Positions 37,888-51,656 of a stretch of 64,000 nt of DNA are shown here, piece after piece. The stretch is taken from assembly GCF_006345805.1 (NCBI RefSeq), contig NC_043010.1, positions 3,720,001-3,784,000 on the forward strand, read 5' to 3'. The notes under the pieces are model-generated. The model was not told the origin of the DNA. It did not search any database and saw nothing but the letters and a program-made list of their open reading frames with translations. Every line of letters starts with the position of its first letter. The stretch's first letter is position 1. The stretch is from Octopus sinensis (taxonomy: Eukaryota). A program made the translations under genes and the position numbers.

Positions 37888-38289
37888 CTAGCAGTATCGC
37901 CCGGCGTTGCTCGGGTTTGTAAGGGAAATAACTATATAAGCATTTTTAGAGAGTTATAGCCAAAAAATAGCAAAAAAATGCATTTAAAATGGAAAAAAAA
38001 TGATGGTAAATCTTTTTTAAAATCGTTGACTCATCGTAGACATTTTTAGAGAGTTACTTCCCTTATATAATAGCGAAAAAAATGCATTAAAATGGAAAAA
38101 GATGATGGTAAATTTTTTTTTAAATCGTAGACTCATCATAGACGCGCGCTAATACCCAGAAGGGCTCGATATGAATCACGACTATAAGATACCCGGTTTT
38201 GGTTAAGCTGCACCGCAAAATGTGGGAGTAGTTAGGAATCTAAATCGTAGGAGACAGACACCACACAACCTCTCTTTTATATATAAAGA
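37888..38289 (-). mobile_element. Non-autonomous Helitron
   Basis: A|TC...hairpin CCCGAGC-AAC-GCCGGG...CTAG|T termini on the minus strand. Same family as 11782 and 54365. Confidence 0.87.
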
Positions 38290-39152
38290 TTTGATAGAAT
38301 ATGAACTGGAATGTTTCATTATCACACAAAATAGAATGATATGAATGGAAGCTTTCTGTGTAAGAGAATAGTGAAAAATAGCAGCCTATAAGAATGGCAG
38401 CTTAGGAGTTTCTTATGGGTATATGTTTTACTGAAGTTAAGGACAACATTGCTTCTACTGGAAAAGGAACAACTGCATTGTACTTTAGAATGACAAGTCT
38501 CCAGTAGATCTAGCTCTGAGTAAATTATACTAATATTCACTCAGATGTGATATCAAAAATTATGGATATTTTCAGGGTTTTTTTCTCCATCAGGGGCATA
38601 TATCTTGTGTGTCGTTTGTGTTCACTGAACAGCAAATTCATAAATATTTAGCTCACTCAAGAATATAATTATGGTTTATAATGGGAAATTAATTTTTTTG
38701 TTCTCTGCTAGGAAATACTGTGGCAGTTGTTCTATTACACTATTTCATAGCATTGCATATCCCACAGCTAACTGTATTATGATATGGCAATGGGCAGATA
38801 GGATAATGGATGAGTGATAACAATAAGGACTGAACAGTGAGTGACATTTTTCCAGCAAACAGTTTGTGTTTTGCTTTTTTTTTTCCAAAGTTATATGGAT
38901 GAATTCAGCAAAAAATCATCGAGAGAAATTAATTTCCTTTATAATAATTATGCTCTTGTAGTATTGTAATAGAATCTGGTTGTATTTTGTTTTCAAATTT
39001 AATAATATCCACTCAGAATTAAAGATAAACTTGGGTCAGAGTCTGGTGTTATTGATGTAACAAATTCAGCTGATGTTTGCATTAGTTGATAAGTTTAGCT
39101 TGGCAAGTTGTGTCTTGATATCCTCACCCATTTTTAGGATTTTCTTGATTAA

Positions 39153-39372
39153 CCTTTTAGCATTCAGATCAAGCTCTCAAATGTAATGCATATCTATTCA
39201 CATTGTTTTGAGTTAATGATGCATTGTCTTGTAGCTTCGAGATTTTGATGACATGGTTGTTTACTTTTGCAATGCCATTGTAGGGTAGATGTGAGGGTTT
39301 GCATCTGGCTCATTTAAACATAAAACAGGTAAAAATTTGGGCCAAATATGGCCAGTTTAAATGCTAAGTGGC
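39153..39372. mobile_element. Degenerate TTAA-type (piggyBac-like) MITE
   Basis: Starts TTAA|CCTTTTAGCATT. The far end has AAATGCTAA, the inverted match, but its terminus is eroded. Confidence 0.4.
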
Positions 39373-40620
39373 CTATCAAAACAGCAGAGTGAGGCAGCTG
39401 AACCAAAGAAGCTCATTTTATAAAGTCATCATTGAACTGTTTAGTTCTCAAAATAAATGAATAATACTGATGTATAAATTAGTTAAATAGGTGAAATTAT
39501 TTGGTGTTTTTATTTTCTACTTTATGGGTAAGTAGGTATGAATTTCATATAGTGTATACGATGCAAAAGAAGAGTAATTCATAAATATTGGAAATGCAGT
39601 TTATATATTCATGACAATGAAGACCAAATTATGTATGGACCAATATGGGCCATGGACTAGGGGACTCAAAGCTCGCAGAGCCTCAAGCTTTGGAGGCTCC
39701 TTTCACTAAGAGAAGCGTAAAGCTTAGGGTTAAAAAAAAAAATTACAGCAATCAAATAATTTGTATTTCTTTTTTCTTATTTAAATCTGTTTTAATTCAT
39801 TAGAATTCTTTTCAAATTATCAAGCCTTCTTTCAACTTATTTGGCCCTTTAAAAGGCCATTAAATTTAACTTGAGACTTAAAACAGTTAAAAGAGAATTT
39901 GTATGGAGTATAATATGTATTTATGGTAGGTGGTAAGCACAATAGAAAATACATAAAATATCATCTAAATTAAGAAAGGCCCAATATTCGGTGATGGGCC
40001 TAATTTTAGGTGGTAAGCCTAGCACAGTGATGCCGATTTAATACCACCACCTGGCCATTAAACACCTTAGTGATGCTTATACTATTGCTAGCTTTCTGTC
40101 CAGGCCTCCAGTTTGAAAACCTTCTAAAATTTAGAACATTTTGTCAGTGGACACAGCAGAAAGATTTCTGAGTAGATTACTGTCACTAAATAAAAAAAGA
40201 GGAACCCATCCTAGTTGGTAGGTAACATTTTGTAATACTTTCCTATCAACTGGGAAATAGTCCTATATCCTCATTTGCCACTATTGGTGACAGAGGGCCC
40301 TAGTAAGCATACATAGTAGAGATTACTAGTAAGCTATATGTTGTGGTTTTCAATTCTCTGACCCACCAACATCACTGTATAAATAATTAAATCAAATTAC
40401 ATAAATGATAAATTAGCTAGACATTCTGACCACTACTGTCCATGAATGTTTGGGAAGATGCTTCTTGTCAGGTCAGTTCAAAAATAATCCACAACTAGTA
40501 ATCATGTAAACCAGTACAATCTGTTTCATAGTCAGACTGACTGTGATTAAACTAATAACACCTCTTTGGGTATATCCCAGGTATGTGTCTTTTAGATTGA
40601 ATGAACTCAACAAAGTGAAA

Positions 40621-40852
40621 TGGTTGGTGAGCTGGCAGAAATGGTAGCATGCCGGGTGAAATGCGTAGCCGCATTTCGTCTGCCATTACGTTCTGAGTTC
40701 AAATTCCGCCGAGGTGACTTTGCCTTTCATCCTTTCGGGGTCAATAAATTAAGTACCAGTTACGCAATGGGGTCGATGGAATCGACTTAATCGCTTTGTC
40801 TCTCCTTGTTTGTCCCCTCTGTGTTTAGCCCCTTGTGGGTAGTAAAGAAATA
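40621..40852 (+). mobile_element. tRNA-derived SINE, family C
   Basis: Collinear with 34077-34310. Confidence 0.88.
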
Positions 40853-41277
40853 TACATATATTAAACCTACAGATGGAGCAGGGTTTTTTATAAAACTTTG
40901 AGTCAAGTATTGCTAATTCTTTTTGCAATTCCTTGCACCTGGTGTCTCTCTCTCTTTTGTCTCTCATCTCTCTCTCTCCCTCTCTCTCTCACACACACAC
41001 ACACACATAGATGCATGGGCCTTGCCTTTTTTTCTGATCAAGGTGAGAGAAGTCGTTGATAAATTTGAGGACTATACATGGGTTGGGATTATCATCTCAT
41101 TACATCATTAGAAATGGTACATCTCTTCTGTTTATTTCATGGACATTGTTCTAATATTACCTTATCACAAACTTTTATTCCATGAAAATAAAATATTTTG
41201 ATAATCTATGAGACACCAATCCCTTGTTATCTATCCCTAATCAATCTCTGCTGTCTGCTGTTCTCGTCATATTCTAT

Positions 41278-41697
41278 ACTCTTTTACTCTTTTACTTGTT
41301 TCAGTCATTTGACTGTGGCCATGCTGGAGCACCGCCTTTTAGTCGATCAAATCGACCCCGGGACTTATTCTTTGTAAGCCCAGTACTTATTCTATTGGTC
41401 TCTTTTGCCGAACCGCTAAGTGACGGGGACGTAAACACACCAGCATCGGTTGTCAAGCAATGCTAAGGGGACAAATACAGACACACAAACACATACACAC
41501 ACATACATATATACATATATATACATATATACGACAGGCTTCTTTCAGTTTCCGTCTACCAAATCTACTCACAAGGCATTGGTCGGCCCGGGGCTATAGC
41601 AGAAGACACTTGCCCAAGATGCCACGCAGTGGGACTGAACCCGGAACCATGTGGTTGGTTAGCAAGCTACTTACCACACAGCCACTCCTGCACCTAT
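41278..41697 (-). mobile_element. tRNA-derived SINE, family A
   Basis: Near-identical to other young A copies. Confidence 0.93.
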
Positions 41698-42004
41698 AGT
41701 TTAACTTCAATGTATATGTTGAAGTTAAATTCATTCTCCTCACTATTGAACTAATTTACCTGGATTTCAGGTAATCACTTAGGTTCAGAATGTTTGTCTT
41801 TATTTCTCTAAGTTCATCTGTTATCTCTATCAATATTTAGATTCACCAAACCATCAATAATATTTTTCTGCTATCTCCCATACAACTGTCATTTATTTTA
41901 ATGTTCATGATTACTGTTTCTCATACTCCCTATACAAATACTTCTGATGCTGTAGTCAAATCTTAAACCATTCTTAACTATCTGTGTCAGTATCATCACC
42001 TGCC

Positions 42005-42056
<52 letters not shown>

Positions 42057-42194
42057 GTTTAACGTCCGTTCTACATGCTAGCATGGGTTGGACGGTTCGA
42101 CTGGGGATCTGGGAAGCCAGAAGGCTGCACCAGGCTCCGGTCTTATCTGGCAATGTTTCTACAGCTGGATGCCCTTCCTAACGCCAACCACTCC
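42005..42194 (-). mobile_element. SINE family D 3' fragment with (CAT)17
   Basis: (CAT)n at 42005-42055, then GTTTAACGTCCG...GCTGGATGCCCTTCCTAACGCCAACCACTCC. Confidence 0.85.
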
Positions 42195-43499
42195 ATATGA
42201 ATGAAAAAACACCTTCAACTTCATTTTTTGCTTTTAAATCTAGTTTTTAGCCAAACCTTATCACATCCAAACATTGAATCATCTGAACATTGACCAATCA
42301 TACCAGCATACAACATAATCTCAAACTGTGCAATGCCACTCATCTCTAAATCCTTTGGTACTTGAGCTCTGCTAGTTCTGTACTGTTCCATCTAAACTGT
42401 GCACTTGTATGTGCATGTGTAAATGTTTCGCAACTAGGTAAGGCAAAAATGTGCACACACTAGGTTTTCAAGATGAAATAGGATTTTTTTTAATTGTGGA
42501 AACTTGAGCAATGGTTACTTATATGGATGCACACATATTTTGCAAAGACAAAATTTGTACACAATGTCAATTTCTTCATATACCCCCAAAAATTAGAGAA
42601 AACATTGCTCTTTACCCATCTGAAACAGCACACTGGTTAATATATTCTTCCTGGGTACATTACTACACATTTTTTGTGCAAACAAAACCCATCACCGAAC
42701 TTCTAACTGATCACCTGTTTCTGCACTGATGCAAGTACAACACCTGGCGGGAAACATCTGGATTTATTAACTGGAAGTCTTCTATCTAGAGATTCTATGT
42801 GGTCTCATGTTGCCCATTTAAAAAAATAAAATTACGCATTAAAAAAAAAATGTACCGTACACATCCTTAAAAAGTTAGGATGGTCATAGATTGACTTTGA
42901 TCATAATCTTCTTGATCAGGACTGAACTAGGGCTGACAATGCAACAAGAGGCTTCCAAGGTGAGGCAATAGATACATCTGTATGTGATCATCTTTACCTA
43001 CTAGAAATAGCTATGCAATTCTAATCAACTCACAATTTGCATCCTGAAACTGGAGGGACATATTGAATAATGTAGTTCTGGATATACTGTCTGAAAACAA
43101 GATGGAATGGCCACAGTTGGGATGTTTTAATAAGAGGGCTACTTCAAAGGCACTGAGCTGGAATAAGCAATATCAATATGCAACTACCAGAAGAAGTATA
43201 AAAATTGCCATCTTACAGCACACGGAACAGCCTTCAAGCTTTCCCACCTCTCAGAATGTGACCAAACCATCTTAGAGTCTTACTAAGAGGGGTTCTGTCA
43301 ACTTTACATAAGTCTCTTCCTACCATTCTGACTTTATCAAGATGGTATTGTTAACCTGACTCCAACTCAGAAAGCCTTCATATTTGCTTCTCGCTTTCCT
43401 ACACAAAACTCATTAAACTCTTCCAAACTTTTAATCCATATTCATCCTTACCACCAAATGTAAAATTTGCCTTGTGATACATGACATCTTGGTTTTAAA

Positions 43500-43889
43500 G
43501 GAGGCGCAATAGCCCAGTGGTTAGGGCAACGGACTCGCAGTCATAGGATCGCGGTTTCGATTCCCAGACCGGGCGTTGTGAGTGTTTATTGAGCGAAAAC
43601 ACCTAAAAAGCTCCACGAGGCTCCGGCAGGGGATGGTGGTGATCCCTGCTGTACTCTTTCACCACAACTTTCTCTCACTCTTACTTCCTGTTTCTGTTGT
43701 ACCTGTATTTCAAAGGGCCAGCCTTGTCACTCTCTGTGTCACGCTGAATATCCCCGAGAACTACGTTAAGGATACACGTGTCTGTGGAGTGCTCAGCCAC
43801 TTACACGTTAATTTCACGAGCAGGCTGTTCCGTTAATTCGGATCAACCGGAACCCTTATCGTCATAACCGATGGAGTGCTTCCAATCCA
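43500..43889 (+). mobile_element. tRNA-derived SINE, family B, full length with 14-bp TSD
   Basis: TSD ATCTTGGTTTTAAA at 43486-43499 and 43890-43903. Confidence 0.94.
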
Positions 43890-44269
43890 ATCTTGGTTTT
43901 AAATTAAAATCATTCATCAAATATCAATCTAATATATGAATTAATCAAAATGTTAGCTACCTTTTTAAAGCCCTTCAGATTGTTAATGATTTCAAATGTA
44001 AACAAAGAACAGAAACAGGTGTATTTCATTTATAATATAATATAGGGGTTAAACCATTTATTAAGCATGTCACTTCCTTCACACAAAGTTCATAAACTTG
44101 CTCCAAGCAGAGCTGCAGTGTTGTAGAACAGGCAAAGACACAACCCACAATACATTGCAAAAAAAAAAAAGAAAAAGATCCCCCACTTCCACTACGCATG
44201 ATACACTTAATCTGTTACCCAATTTAGCACTTGGATGCCTTTGGGTCCTCTCCATTGCAAGCATTTGGG

Positions 44270-46170
44270 CCAAGTCTCTTGTCTGGGTATAATTTCATGC
44301 CTTCTTCCCATTAGCTTCAGTAGCCCTCAAAAAGCTCATAGACACTTCCCTTCCTTCTCAGACTTTGCTATAAAAGCAAAGACAACACTCTCAGTTACTT
44401 CAAACAAAAATACCTACCAGCCTTGACAATACCTCTTCTATTACAATTAAACTGTGTACCACTTATTCAACCTCTTATCCACCAAACTCTCTGAACTTTC
44501 TATCTCTACAGGTATCTATCTTGATCTGTGGAAACATGCTTCTGTGTGTCCTATACCCTGTTTGTCCTAAATTTTCTGACCTTGCCAACTATCAACCCAT
44601 TACTCTCCCTTCTGACACCGCAAAGGTAGTGGTAATGACTATTACCACTTACCTTCTTCAACACTTTTGTTCCATTTCTTTAGATGGTGAACACTAGAAT
44701 AGTTTTCATAAATCTAGATTTATTAGTGACCTGAGCACCTATGTCTCTTCCCAGTAGGCTGCCATCCTTGAGAACTTAGTCAACAGCAATGTTGAACCTG
44801 AAATTAAAGACTTTGACGGTGTTTGGCAGGTGAATACAAGGTAGCATCAAGAAGCTCCCAGACTAATTCTGTAGCACTACAACAGATGGCAGCACATGGT
44901 TGCATGTGCAGTGAGAGCTAGCAGTGACCTTTGTGAGGCAGTTGAGTGACATTGCTGTGTTTACTTAGCAAGTTGTGAAGTTTGTGCTTCTGTGATCACA
45001 TGTATGTTGTAGTCTGCAATTTTGTCATGGACAGGAAATTCGAACAAAGAGCCAATGTGAAATTTTGCATTGAACTTGGGCAGTCTGCTACAGAGTCATT
45101 GAGCATGCTTCAAAAAACTTATGGCGATGAGACAATGGATCACATGCAATATTTTGAGTGCCATGGATGCTTCAAAAGCAGAAGAATGTTCCTGGAAGAT
45201 GAGTGATCTGCCATGAGTGTCACCCCTGGAAATGTGGAGAAAATTCACTAGCTTGTGCATGGGATCGTTGGAGGACAATCAATAACATTGCTGATGTTGT
45301 TGGTCTGTTGTATGGGTCTGTGCAGGCAATCCTAGCATCTGAATTGAACATGTAGTATGACTCTGTCAAGTTTGTCCCCTATCTGCTGACCACTGAGCAG
45401 AAGGAACATCGCATCAAAGTCAGTCACAATCTCCATCAGTGTGCTGCTGATGACCCATCCTTCATGTCAAAGGTCATCACTTGTGATGAGAGTTGGGCCT
45501 ACAGGCACACCCTGATAAGAAACAGCAGTCGTCACAACGGAAGAGGTCTTCATCTCCTTGACCAAAGAAGGCATGGCAGAGCTGCAGCTCAATCAAGAGC
45601 ATTCTTATATTTTTAGACATTTGTGCTATTGTGCACCCACCCTATTCACCAGATTTAGAACCTGTGGACTTACATCTCTTCCCCAAGATGAAAATGTAGC
45701 TCAAAGGTTGCTGTTTTAACACTGTTGTTGAAATCAAGAGAGAATTGTAGGTTCTTGACATGCTTACAGAAAATGACTTCCAGGCCAGATTCCAAAAGTG
45801 ACAGGAATTCTGGGACTGGTGTATTGCTGCATAAGGTAACTATTTCAAAGGAAATGGTGTTAAAACTTAGGAAAATAAGTTATTTTTTATCAAATATAAT
45901 TAGTCCAAAAATTTGTTGATACCACCTGGTTCAGGTGTCTACCTATGGGCTTCACCTAGATCTCATCTCCTGGATTGAGAGCTTCATATCAGATTGCACT
46001 ATCTTGGTATGAACTAACAGGTTTTCTTTTCTTTTTTGACATGTGCACACTATCAAAACTGATCTGCTCCATATAGTTTTTCCTGTCTGTTTATGACCTA
46101 ATTACTCTCATCTCTAAGAATATACAGTCCTATGCACTTTATATCCTTCATCACTCCTTAAATTTTCTGA
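44270..46170 (+). mobile_element. Decayed CR1-like LINE RT, split by a mariner insertion
   Basis: LWKHASVCPIP...SDLANYQPITL and KDFDGVW before 44835; SWIESFISD after 45930. Boundaries are approximate. Confidence 0.65.
44835..45930 (+). mobile_element. Decayed mariner transposon (second family)
   Basis: MDRKFEQRANVKFCIELGQSATE N-terminus, ITCDESW, HPPYSPDLEPVDLHLFPKMK. Imperfect TIRs TACAAGGTAGCATCAA...GACTAATT and AATTAGTCC...TTGATACCACCTGG. Confidence 0.9.
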
Positions 46171-46589
46171 CACAAGCTTCATCCATATGCAACCTAGACA
46201 CCTCATGTATGGAAACCTTGACACAAAGCTACAATCAATGCATATATGAACAGTCTTGTATCATGGTGCTCCTTCACTTATTGGACAACACACAGCTTAT
46301 ACCCACATGATCTTTCTTGCAACCCTTCAAATGATCACATGGCTGAAACTGTATCTCCAGGATTAAAGCTGCAGCCATAGACTAGCAGCTGTTTAAATTG
46401 ATGATTAACAGCATCAATCTGACCAGTCATAGAACATGATAGAATGCAACTATTCCATGATGTAAAACAGTTAGTGATATGAATGGCATCTGGCTATAAA
46501 AGACATGCCATAAGGAAAAAAGAAGATGTTATGCAGCAACAAACTGATAGTTTCCTTTTTAATGTAACTTAATATGAAACAAATGTATA

Positions 46590-47070
46590 ATCCTGTTGTT
46601 GATGATGATGATGATGAAAGCTATGTATAATAATGTCTACTTTTTCATGCTTGTATCGGTCAGATAGGAGTATGTTGGAACAGAGTTTTCTGCCGCTGAA
46701 TGCCCTTCCTACTGCCAACTCCACTGATTTTCAAGTGAGGTAACAATCTCTTATTCTATAGAGAAACAAACCACCCAAGTCATGCGTATGTGAACTGAAA
46801 GCAAATGATACTTGATGAAAAAGCCTTTTGTTTACAAAGATCACAAAACATGTCGATATTACTGGAGGAGCTTTTGTAGTGGACAGAAAGCAAATGATAC
46901 AATGAGTAAAACCGTTATTTACAGCCAGCTAACAAACACATGTAGACAAAGTAATACTCACTCACTTGCCCACTCACCTGCTCACCGGAATGCCTGCCCT
47001 CTCGCAGGACTGAACCCAAAGCCATATGGTTGGAAACCAAACTTTTTAATCCTTCCCCCATCTCTGCACC
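46590..47070 (-). mobile_element. Old SINE (A-like head, D-like tail)
   Basis: GCTGAATGCCCTTCCTACTGCCAACTCC at the tail end and GGACTGAACCC...GGTTGGAAACC at the head end. Confidence 0.55.
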
Positions 47071-48416
47071 TGTATGTACACATACATACTTACATATCTA
47101 CATACATATGTGTATGTGTGTGTGTGAAATTTTTTACATCATGGGGATATCTGAAATTATAATTCAAAACTCATACCTTTCTATGGATATATGACTTCAT
47201 ATTTATTTTAAAATGACAAAAGTAGAGACACAGGAAACTATTTGCTTAGAACATTCAACCTCTTTCCATCACACCTAGTGACGAAGGAAATTTAACCTTG
47301 ACCCTTAAAACCAACAATTTTTAAAGAAGTTTAACTCTTGTCTCATAAACCATAATTCTTACCATTACAATAATACCAGTACAATAATGTTACAGGTTTT
47401 TAAGACACTGGAGTTGCCGTAAATTAGAATCAAAATATGTTACAACCAGCCAAAATGTTATAAAATCTCAAAATACTTTGGTTGGTCTTTATAGATTCTA
47501 CTTCAGCAAACTTATTTTGCAGATCTTTTTATGTCTGCATGAGATGGCATTATGGATGTATAACTCATCTACACATTTTCACTTCAAATATGGACACATT
47601 CACATCCAACAAAGTTTATGCAGTTATTCACAGTATCAGTAATACTGTTAATTATTAATACTGCTATTATTGACTATCTTAATAAAGTCACAAAAACAAA
47701 TGTTACTTAATCTATGAGCAATTTAGGAAACAAATGTTTTACTTATATTATATCATAGGATGATCATTGTGTTATTAAGAAATACATGCACTGGTTCCAT
47801 TTCACTTCTTTCATTGATCAACAAGTTAAACATTTAACTAATTAACTAATTGATTGCTCAATTTATTGCTCAGCCAATCAATCAATGACATGCCTTTGCT
47901 ATTCCACGTCTGTCTGTCTCCTAGTTTTCAGATGCTATTGACTTTCTGTAATTGAAGAACAAAAAAATCGTTACTATCAACATTCTAAATCATATTTGAC
48001 AGAAACAACCACATGCAAATTGTTGACACTATTATAAAATACTGACTAAAGTTGTTTACTCTAGTAAATGATGTTGTGCATAAGAATCATGCATTCTCTA
48101 AAATCATGCATTCAGGTTTTTCAGAAAAATGCAACATACTTGCATTTAGTCACTTGGGAATTTGATGTCATCAGGTAACCTCTCTAAAGGGTCTGATGTT
48201 AGTAAAATATGAATAAAATTATATAAAATGATTACCACACTAAGTACTGAGGTCGATCTAATTGGCTGAAGCCATCTAAAGTTGTGTTCCAGCATTGTAG
48301 CAGTTCAATCACTGAAATACCTATATTATTCCGATTCTTGAATAGAGACGATATAACTTTATATACTTATGGTTTTATGGATATTTGTATACGAGTTTAT
48401 CTTTAAATGTGAATAG

Positions 48417-48752
48417 ATCTTGGGCAAGTGTCTTCTGCTATAGCCCCGGGTCGACCAATGCCTTGTGAGTGGATTTGGTAGACGGAAACTGAAAGAAGCC
48501 TGTCGTATATATGTTTATATATATATGTGTGTGTGTGTTTGTGTGTCTGTTTGTCCCCCTAGCATTGCTTGACAACCGATGCTGGTGTGTTTACGTCCCC
48601 GTCACTTAGCGGTTCGGCAAAAGAGACCGATAGAATAAGTACTGGGCTTACAAAGAATTAGTCCAGGGGTCGATTTGCTCGACTAAAGGCAGTGCTCCAG
48701 CATGGCCGCAGTCAAATGACTGAAACAAGTAAAAGAGTAAAAGAGTAAAGAG
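48417..48752 (+). mobile_element. SINE family A, 5'-truncated
   Basis: Begins at ATCTTGGGCAAG, lacks the tRNA head, ends (GTAAAAGA)n. Confidence 0.9.
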
Positions 48753-48954
48753 ATATGTATTTGTATTTGTTGTTGATGTTAGTGGCTTTAATATAAATTA
48801 GGCATGCAAGGTTTTAGGATATCTATGAATGTATGTATGTGTATGCGTGTGTGTGTGCGTGCGTGTGTGCGTGTGTGTGTGCATGCGTCTTTCTGTCTGT
48901 CTTTTAACATTTAATTGTTTCAGTCATTAGACTGTAGTCATTTAGGGGCATCAT

Positions 48955-49800
48955 CAGTGGCCTGAGAACAAAATCCGCTCAGTGGGTGCAAACTCAGGTC
49001 CAAAATATTTTACAAAGCTGATTTAAAAAAAAATCTTAATATCAGAACAAACACGGGTATAATAATAATATGTTTTTATTATTATACAAGGAAAAGTAAT
49101 GCTTCAAATCACTCCCCAAATTTTTCTATACTTGCTCATTTTGCTGATGAAGTTTTCTAAGAGGATGTCTAAAGTCTTTTCATTGCACAAGATTTTATGC
49201 ACATGCATTACAGCACAGCATGTCAGATGATGTTGCAGCATCATTTTGAGACCAGCTCAATGTTTTGGCAACAAAAAACACCCAGAATAACCTCAGTTAG
49301 TGTCTCCAAAGTGTAGTCAAGAGAAAATCTTTGTGAACAGCCTGGTTTTCAGAAACATAACAACAATAACTGATTCGTGTTCCATTCCAGAGTGATCACA
49401 TATAATACCAATAAACATGGAATCTTCGAACTTTTTTGCTGATCCTATATAGGGTGTTATGAGCCTCTAAGATTTCATTTTGTATGGTATTAGATAGAAA
49501 ATTAACTTGTCATTTAGGCCACTGACTTACTTCTGCACCATATTCTTCGGCAAGTTCTTTTGTGAGATTTACAAAGTTTCCTGTGACACATGTTAACTTT
49601 CTCTTCAAAGATGGAACCAGAAATTTCTTTTATCTTTTACTAAGGATGTTCCTTGATCCTTCAACAATGGAACATTGAAGTGCTATAATTTTTTATTAAG
49701 TATTTCCTTAATTCTCTGATCATGGAAGTGCTAACCACTTTTAATTTTCATTAAATAGCCTTTCGTATTAGGAATAGCAACAGATTTTAGGATTCCAGGT
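48955..49800 (-). mobile_element. Internally deleted hAT transposase remnant (ZMYM1/THAP12-like group)
   Basis: Minus-strand reading GNFVNLTKELAEEYGAEVSQW...FLSNTIQNEILE...IICDHSGMEHESV...VHKDFL joined to the C-terminal-like AVMHVHKILCNEKTLDILLENFISK. CAGTGG at 48955 is a plausible terminus. Confidence 0.6.
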
Positions 49801-50565
49801 TACACGTGTAGAAGTTTTTAAGTGTGATTTAGCATTTAGTAATGATGGTGTTGTAAGATGAGTGGTTTGGCATTGGCTGGTATTTCTTGTATGAATTGTG
49901 CATCCTGTCCCAGGAAAATAGATGAAGCTAGTCATTGCATATGCACAGTCTCTCGTGCTGAGAATAGTGGCATATTCTAGGGTTTCGTGTGTTCATGATT
50001 TTACTTTATTTACAGTTAGCAAATTTATGATGGAGCTGTCAGGTACACATTCAGATTGAAGTGGATTTGTGGGGAGCAGGGAGAAAGGAGTGGTTCTTCA
50101 CTAATTGGAGTAGTAGTAGAGAGGTAATGGCAGTAGCAGTACAACAGGATGACAATGATGATGATGATGGATCTCTTGTGTTATTCTAAGAAGAATTTGA
50201 GTGGTCTGACTGGGGAGAAGAGCAAGAGACTGTGTTGTTTAATAGGTCATCAATTGTTCCAGTATTGATGAGTGATTGCCAATGCCAATCAGTTTGTTCC
50301 TATTGCTTAGTTGTGGTAAGGGTAAAAGCAGTAGAACATAATGACAACGATGATGAAGAGTAAGGAAGTGGATGAAGAGTAAGTGGATAGCTACGCAGGG
50401 AAGGGCTTTTGGTTGTGGAGTTTAATATTTCTGTACTTGTGTTAGTATTGAGGAGTGACCTTGGTTTTTGTTGCTTTGTTGTTGTTACACACACACACAA
50501 ACATGTAATTTAATTTAATCCTTTAATGTTGAGGATGCTTTAGCTCAGTAATATATCTTTCTAGG

Positions 50566-50964
50566 AGTGGAGGCGCAATGGCCCAGTGGTTAGGGCAGCG
50601 GACTCGCGGTCGTAGGATCGCAGTTTCGATTCCCAGACTGGGCGTTGTGAGCGTTTATTGAGCGAAAACACCTAAAAGAAAAGCCCCACGAGGCTCTGGC
50701 AGGGGATGGTGGTGATCCCTGCTGTACTCTTTCACCACAACTTTCTCTCACTCTTACTTCCTGTTTCTGTTGTACCTGTATTTCAAAGGGCCGGCCTTGT
50801 CACTCCCTGTGTCACGCTGAATATCCCCGAGAACTACGTTAAGGGTGCATGTGTCTGTGGAGTGCTCAGCCACTTACACGTTAATTTCACGAGCAGGCTG
50901 TTCCATTGATTCGGATCAACTGGAACCCTCATCGTCGTAACCGACGGAGTGCTTCCATCCATCC
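50566..50964 (+). mobile_element. tRNA-derived SINE, family B, with TSD
   Basis: TSD ATCTTTCTAGG at 50555-50565 and 50965-50975. Confidence 0.93.
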
Positions 50965-51046
50965 ATCTTTCTAGGGATTTTGGTGGGAGTTTCTTTTCAG
51001 TTATTCTAGTTCTTTGTTCTTATTTTTTTCTAAGCCTAGGGTTATA

Positions 51047-51498
51047 AGATTCCAAGAGTGACAGGAATTCTGGGACTGGTGTATTGCTGCATAAGGTAAC
51101 TATTTCAAAGGAAATGGTGTTAAAACTTAGGTAAATAAGTTATTTTTTATCAAATATAACTAGTCCAGAAACTTTTTGATACCACCTGGTATCAAATTTT
51201 CTGACACAAGCTTCATCCATATGCAACCTAGACACCTCATGTACGGAAACCTTGACACAAAGCTACAATCAATGCATATATGAACAGTCTTGTATCATGG
51301 TGCTCCTTCGCGTATTGGACAACACACAGCTTATACCCACATGATCTTTCTTGCAACCCTTCAAATGATCACATGGCTGAAACTGTATCTCCAGGATTAA
51401 AGCTGCAGCCATAGACTAGCAGCTGTTTAAATTGATGATTAACTGCATTAATCTGACCAGTCATAGAATATGATAGAATGCAACTATTCCATGATGTA
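51047..51498 (+). repeat. Local direct duplication of 45787-45930 plus 46160-46464
   Basis: Near-identical at offsets of 5260 and 5034 bp. About 226 bp present in the first copy are absent here. Confidence 0.93.
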
Positions 51499-51656
51499 TT
51501 GTACCTCAGATCAATAGGTTAAATGTAGGGCTATAAGTTTTTCTTGTTCTGCTCATTGAGGAATATTTGATCTCACTAGTATTGGCACTCAAAAAAGTGC
51601 TTTCAGTACTGTACTAGAATACTGGCATTCCACTGAGAATCAATGTTTCATTCCTT

